Below are positions 59,587 to 64,000 of a stretch of 64,000 nt of DNA, one piece after another. The number at the start of each line of letters is the position of its first letter. Positions within the stretch are counted from its first letter, which is position 1. Below the pieces are notes generated by a model. It saw nothing but the letters and a program-made list of their open reading frames with translations. It was not told the origin of the DNA and did not search any database. A program made the translations under genes and the position numbers. This DNA is from a virus: positions 2,630 to 66,629 of IMG/VR virus record IMGVR_UViG_3300021356_000014; one strand, 5' to 3'.

Positions 59587-60975
59587 ATGAAACAATATCT
59601 CGATCTGTTAGAAAAAATTGTACATTCAAGTACATACAAGGATGACCGAACAGGAACAGGAACTTTTAGTCTATTCGGACATCAAATGCGTTTTGATTTG
59701 AGTGAAGGATTCCCACTAGTCACTACAAAGAAGGTACATTTTAAAAGTATTGTACATGAGCTGCTGTGGTTTCTAAAAGGGGATACCAATATTAAATACC
59801 TACAAGAAAATGGTGTACGTATTTGGAATGAATGGAGACAACCATATTCTTTAAATCGAGATGTGGTTTTCATTGATCCTGTTAAAAGTGAATTTGATTC
59901 ACCATATTTAGGAGATTTTTCAACAAAAGGTCTTAATGCTGCGAAAAATTCAGTTGATGATAAACTGAGAAACCTATGGGTTAAGATGATGAAAAGATGT
60001 TATGATTCTTCATCTCATAACTTTCATCTATACGGTGCATTAGGTGTAAGAGTTTGCAAGGCATGGCATGATGTACAGGTTTTTGTTGATGATGTTAAGC
60101 AAATACCTCATTGGTATTATAAGCTTAATGACTGGTCAAACTTTGAATTGGATAAGGACTATTATGGCTCTAAACTATATTCAAAAGATACGTGTGTTTG
60201 GTTAAGAACTGATGAGAATAATCTATATACTAAAGCTACCAAACCACTCGAAATTACAGATGATATGGGTGTAAAGAAGTTTTACATTTCTTTAAATAAT
60301 GCTGCTTCTTCTCTGAATATACCCTCATCCACATTATCACGTTTTGTTAATGAAAATCCTAAAATCTTAAAGGGCAATAACAAACAGTTTGTTAAATGGT
60401 CCTTTCAAGTTGCTGAACTAAATGGCAAATTACCTAGATTTGAACTTATTAAAGAAGGTTCTTTAGGACCAGTTTACGGCGAACAGTGGCGTAATTTTAA
60501 CGGTATTAATCAACTAACACAAGTTATTGATCGGATTAAAAAAAACCCCGATTGTCGTCGTATTATTGTTTCTGCATGGAATCCAGCTGAGATTGACAAT
60601 ATGGCACTGCCCCCTTGTCACTGTCTGTTCCAGTTTGTTGTTATCGACGGTAAGCTGTCCTGTCAGCTCTACCAGCGTTCGGCTGATGTATTTCTTGGTG
60701 TACCCTTTAATATTGCTTCTTATTCACTACTAACCATGATGATGGCACAAGTTTGTGGCCTAGAAGCAGGAGAATTTGTCCATACTATTGGTGATGCTCA
60801 TTTGTATATAAATCATATGGAGCAAGCAAAGATTCAATTAAGCAGGCAAATGCGAGCATTGCCTACTGTAAGAATCAACCCAGATGTGAAAGACATCTTT
60901 TCGTTCCAATTTGAGGACTTTGAGTTAATAGATTATAATCCTCATCCACCTATAAAAGCAAAAGTCGCAGTCTGA
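59587..60975 (+). CDS. thyA: thymidylate synthase with an in-frame HNH-like insertion of about 207 aa
   Basis: DRTGTGT, FPLVTTKK, ELLWFL, LGPVYGEQWR, MALPPCH, YQRSADVFLGVPFN; insertion 59836-60456. Confidence 0.95.
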   Translation: MKQYLDLLEKIVHSSTYKDDRTGTGTFSLFGHQMRFDLSEGFPLVTTKKVHFKSIVHELLWFLKGDTNIKYLQENGVRIWNEWRQPYSLNRDVVFIDPVKSEFDSPYLGDFSTKGLNAAKNSVDDKLRNLWVKMMKRCYDSSSHNFHLYGALGVRVCKAWHDVQVFVDDVKQIPHWYYKLNDWSNFELDKDYYGSKLYSKDTCVWLRTDENNLYTKATKPLEITDDMGVKKFYISLNNAASSLNIPSSTLSRFVNENPKILKGNNKQFVKWSFQVAELNGKLPRFELIKEGSLGPVYGEQWRNFNGINQLTQVIDRIKKNPDCRRIIVSAWNPAEIDNMALPPCHCLFQFVVIDGKLSCQLYQRSADVFLGVPFNIASYSLLTMMMAQVCGLEAGEFVHTIGDAHLYINHMEQAKIQLSRQMRALPTVRINPDVKDIFSFQFEDFELIDYNPHPPIKAKVAV

Positions 60976-61123
60976 AAACTCAATTTAGAAAAACTCGATT
61001 ATGGAAAACTCAATTTAGAAAAACTCGATTATGGAAAACTCGATTATGGAAAACTCGATTATGGAAAACTCGATTTAGAAAAACTCGATTATGGAAAACT
61101 GGATTATGGAAAACTCAATATAA
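60974..61123 (+). repeat. 10 x 15-bp tandem repeat RAAAACTCGATTATG
   Basis: Units counted directly, starting at 60974. Confidence 0.95.
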
Positions 61124-61215
61124 TGAATAACTTTTTTAGAGCATTAGGGACAGCATTGTTTCTAATGCTTATTACTTTAATATTTATTTTATCAATACTA
61201 TTTATATACATATGA
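61123..61215 (+). CDS. 30-aa hydrophobic peptide
   Basis: MNNFFRALGTALFLMLITLIFILSILFIYI; ATGA overlap with 61212. Confidence 0.45.
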   Translation: MNNFFRALGTALFLMLITLIFILSILFIYI

Positions 61216-62309
61216 AATATTCAACATACTTTTTTGATTCGCTAGGATGGTTGCGAATGAATAGGTGGCCAGATGAGTATAAAACTTTTCAAGAACATAG
61301 AGAAGAGATTATAAATAATCCTGACTTGGCTTGGAAAGATTGTAATGCAGGCGATTCGCTTTACAGAACTTGCCTATATCTAGCACTAATCGGTAATAAC
61401 ACTCAGGCAGATAAGTTCATTACAGACTATTTAGAGGATATGATAAACTCAGGAGAGTATTACAGGCATCCTACCGATTCTAAAAAGCATATCTCAAGAG
61501 ATCAAATTATTGCTCTTTGCTTTTTCTTGTATACATTCAATAAAAAAGAATTACTTAAAAAGATTGCTAGGCAACACAGATTTAGATTTACACTAAAATC
61601 TAAGTACGGAACAGGGGCATATCAATCCATTGATTTCTATCTGTTTTTGCAAGCAATTGCTTGCAACTCGATGGCTAGTAACTCGATGGCCAGTAACTCG
61701 ATGGCCAGTAACTCGATGGCTAGTAACTCGATGGCTAACTCGATGGCCAGTTCAAGAGCTGCCCTGATAGGGCACTCGATAGCTGCCTCGATAGCTAGAG
61801 GCTCGATGTTTGGCTACTCCATAGGAGCATTTTTCGCTCGATGGATGTATATGATGCTCGATAGCTTAATATTTCCTTGCATGATGGCTTGGAATGTCAT
61901 AGTAAGAGGTATATTCAGAATGAAGTTTAGACCCTTAGAGCAAGCATTATCCTACATCCCATCACAACGAGATATAAATGGAGGTAAACTACTGTATCCA
62001 AAATATGCGCTATTCCTTAATAGCTTGCAACATTATATGCTATTCGGTAAATCCTCAATGTACGGCAAACTAAAAAGAAAACTGATTCATAAGTCTAATG
62101 TATATTGTAGATCATTAGTATATTACGATGGGTCGCCTACCTTGCATGATGTATTTACAACGCATACAGAAATACAAGGAGGTGTACATCTAAGATACCT
62201 CGATGGCTCTCAAAGACTAAAAAAGCTAAAAAAAGCTGAATTAGAAAATGATCTTCAATACTCATTAACTGTAAATTTAGGAATTTTATTGCTTCTGACA
62301 AAAGATTAA
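61212..62309 (+). CDS. hypothetical protein with an SNSMA repeat insert
   Basis: 365 aa; AGDS..T and YRHP..ISRDQII; 15-bp repeats at 61665-61751. Confidence 0.65.
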   Translation: MKYSTYFFDSLGWLRMNRWPDEYKTFQEHREEIINNPDLAWKDCNAGDSLYRTCLYLALIGNNTQADKFITDYLEDMINSGEYYRHPTDSKKHISRDQIIALCFFLYTFNKKELLKKIARQHRFRFTLKSKYGTGAYQSIDFYLFLQAIACNSMASNSMASNSMASNSMASNSMANSMASSRAALIGHSIAASIARGSMFGYSIGAFFARWMYMMLDSLIFPCMMAWNVIVRGIFRMKFRPLEQALSYIPSQRDINGGKLLYPKYALFLNSLQHYMLFGKSSMYGKLKRKLIHKSNVYCRSLVYYDGSPTLHDVFTTHTEIQGGVHLRYLDGSQRLKKLKKAELENDLQYSLTVNLGILLLLTKD

Positions 62310-62337
62310 AGTAATTAAAAAAAATTATTTTGGACGC

Positions 62338-62373
62338 AATCGCTTGCAATTCAATCAGTTACAAGCGATTTTT
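62338..62373 (+). terminator. putative terminator
   Basis: AATCGCTTGCAA..TTACAAGCGATT followed by a T run. Confidence 0.6.
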
Positions 62374-62403
62374 TATTTTATCTAAAATTTATTTTCTTAT
62401 TTA

Positions 62404-62435
62404 CTTGCGTAGTATCAAAAATTAGATTATCTTGC
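62404..62435 (+). promoter_or_regulatory. promoter of array D
   Basis: CTTGC-N18-TTATCTTGC, the same geometry as the repeated element. Confidence 0.55.
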
Positions 62436-62465
62436 AAACATATTATTAATCACTAAAATTTAATT

Positions 62466-62648
62466 ATGGAATGGCAAGAATTAAAACCTGATAATCTACC
62501 TAATCAAGGTAGTTGGATATTAATAACCGATGGAAATGATTGGAGAAGGGTTTTTGTAACTCCCCAATTTGAATTTGTAGAAAAGCCTGACGACAGGGTG
62601 GTATATAGTCAAGGTATAACTCACTGGTGTGAAGTTAAGCTTCCTTAA
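62466..62648 (+). CDS. DUF551-like small protein
   Basis: MEW..LP..ILITDG..ITHW..LP. Confidence 0.6.
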   Translation: MEWQELKPDNLPNQGSWILITDGNDWRRVFVTPQFEFVEKPDDRVVYSQGITHWCEVKLP

Positions 62649-62723
62649 ATGGGTGATAACGTTGAGCGTATGCGCCTGTTGGCGTGTTAATTAAAATTAC
62701 AAACTTTCAAAAACAGATATAAG

Positions 62724-62915
62724 ATGAGCAAAGAACAGAAATTGTTAGCTGCTGTTGCGACTGAAATGGAGTATGAACGCTATGAGTACAAAGGCGTTTT
62801 ATTACAGAGGCTAAACAAAGACTATATATGGTATGCGATTTACCAAAATCAAATAATAAACTGGAGCAAGTATAGCAACGACTTAGAAAGCTGGATTGAC
62901 AGCAATTGCAGCTAA
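62724..62915 (+). CDS. small cassette protein
   Basis: Starts upstream of GTTAGCTGC (62744); stop lies in CAGCTAAC. Confidence 0.6.
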   Translation: MSKEQKLLAAVATEMEYERYEYKGVLLQRLNKDYIWYAIYQNQIINWSKYSNDLESWIDSNCS

Positions 62916-62990
62916 CGGTTAGCATAAGAATAGTACGGGAATAACCCAAAAAAGATAAAACGGAGTACAAATTTTAAAACAAAAATAGCG

Positions 62991-63362
62991 ATGGAAAAGA
63001 TTTTAAAGATTGAAGAAACAACATTTGATGGTAAAGATGGATTTGTAATAACCACAGATGCGCAAGTAATTAAATTAGGCATTGACAACTGCCAATGCTG
63101 CTGTGAGAACTGGGGTTACTTTATGAGCGAAGATGACCTTAATGATTTTATAGGGGCTAATTTAATTACGGTTAAAGTAACAGATACAGCTTTAAAAACT
63201 TGGGAGGAAATAGAGGATATGTATGAAGGTGATGCAATGTTTGTGAACTTGGAAACAACTAACGGACTTTTACAATTTGTAGCATACAACGAACACAACG
63301 GATATTACGGACACGAAGCCTGTGTTGTTTCCAAACAAGTAAACGAAGAGGTTTATTTATAG
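62991..63362 (+). CDS. hypothetical phage protein (CCE / NGYY motifs)
   Basis: QCCCENWGY, YNEHNGYYGH. Confidence 0.75.
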   Translation: MEKILKIEETTFDGKDGFVITTDAQVIKLGIDNCQCCCENWGYFMSEDDLNDFIGANLITVKVTDTALKTWEEIEDMYEGDAMFVNLETTNGLLQFVAYNEHNGYYGHEACVVSKQVNEEVYL

Positions 63363-63622
63363 CCGTGCGAGGGCTTTTGATTTAAAATTCCTCAATAACG
63401 CACTACCGCTTATGCGAGCTACTAACGTAGTATTATTTTTATGCATTGTTAGCGGTATGTGTCTTATTTAAGAAAAAGAACGAAACCTTAAATAGCGCAC
63501 TGCCTTAATTAATATTTTGGCATTACCGCTAACGGTTTGGCTATGTGCTGAACGTAATAAAATGAAGTTTTGCATATAGCTTGTGTTATATGCTTTTTAT
63601 TAACTGATTAAAGGAAATAATT

Positions 63623-63877
63623 ATGAAAGTTACTATTGAGGATGCAATTAGATGTGCATTAGATGAAGCTAAAAGAAAAGAAGAAATGGGTTTATTAATA
63701 CCTTGTAACCACCCAAAACAAGAAGAAATATTTGAAAAGGGTGTTGAAGGTGTTGAAGGAGACCCTGAAACAGTATATTCAATAGCTTCATTATATGCTG
63801 ATGAAGAAAGTTCTGATGGAACTTGGTTAAGATGTATAGAAGGGGCGTTGGAAGAAGTTTATCCCACTTACTTCTAA
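63623..63877 (+). CDS. small acidic cassette protein
   Basis: 84 aa between GTTATATGC and GCATATAAC. Confidence 0.65.
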   Translation: MKVTIEDAIRCALDEAKRKEEMGLLIPCNHPKQEEIFEKGVEGVEGDPETVYSIASLYADEESSDGTWLRCIEGALEEVYPTYF

Positions 63878-64000
63878 TTGCATATAACGGCTCGGCGCTG
63901 ACGCAGTAGCTGCATATTATTTTAATACTGGAGTCTAATTTACCGTAAAAATCACAAAGTTGATATCTTATTTCCTAAAATTTACTAGCAGCTATTGCCG

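Larger units (their letters stand above)
62466..64000 (+). mobile_element. integron-like cassette array D (runs off the window end)
   Basis: Hairpins 62652-62752, 62908-63457, 63524-63593 and 63880 to the end; matching unit ends. Confidence 0.75.

Noticed and set aside
59836-60456. Canonical intein in thyA
   Set aside because: No Cys/Ser at the start, no His-Asn at the end and no recognisable splicing blocks.
60974-61123. CRISPR array (also considered for 21048-21127 and 49497-49612)
   Set aside because: These are head-to-tail tandem repeats with no unique spacers, and there are no cas genes.
5915-63298. Antisense or alternate-frame ORFs in the track (e.g. 9299-9616, 10937-11302, 39407-39895, 40003-40365, 58157-58465)
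   Set aside because: They overlap well-supported genes and carry no motifs; treated as shadow ORFs.
63418-63453. Independent mini-attC CTACTAAC...GTTAGC
   Set aside because: Only about 35 bp with weak pairing; the right arm pairs far better with 62922-62936.
1-64000. Integrase/IntI, reverse transcriptase (DGR or retron) or transposase
   Set aside because: No ORF shows tyrosine-recombinase R-H-R-Y, RT YxDD-domain or DDE signatures that I could recognise, and I saw no adenine-variable TR/VR pair.

Overview
This AT-rich 64 kb window is a segment of a tailed dsDNA phage genome, probably a siphovirus. The host is most likely Bacteroidota, judged from TAnnTTTG promoter boxes, Shine-Dalgarno-free AT-rich starts and Gln(+1) signal peptides. 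About 0-38.4 kb (+) is the morphogenesis and lysis arm: TIGR02594-like peptidase, TerL, frameshifting tail chaperone, tape measure, S49 protease, capsid, tail tube, portal, three signal-peptide-bearing fibre/beta-helix proteins and an S8 protease. About 38.4-41.4 kb (-) carries two methyltransferases, a DUF3310-like gene and a resolvase. About 42-64 kb (+) is the replication and accessory arm: DnaB-like helicase, primase, SF2 helicase, family A polymerase, Mre11/Rad50-like pair and a ThyA with an in-frame nuclease insert. The main unexplained structure is four short arrays of integron-like gene cassettes (38.4-40.3, 47.2-48.3, 56.9-58.9 and 62.5-64 kb). Eleven units start with GTTAnnnnn and end with the matching reverse complement nnnnnTAAC, and attC-like hairpins separate them. 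Their polarity looks inverted relative to classical integrons: the hairpins carry the start codon of the downstream gene, and four runs end at a conserved TAAC-AAGGTATATCAGA site. No integrase gene is recognisable in the window. Other DNA-level signals are five dense AACG/CGTT islands written over coding sequence, a one-orientation CTCGAT field, a dispersed TTGCYYGCAA palindrome, and three putative late promoters with identical 56-nt spacing. All family assignments come from motif recognition by eye; no database search was run.
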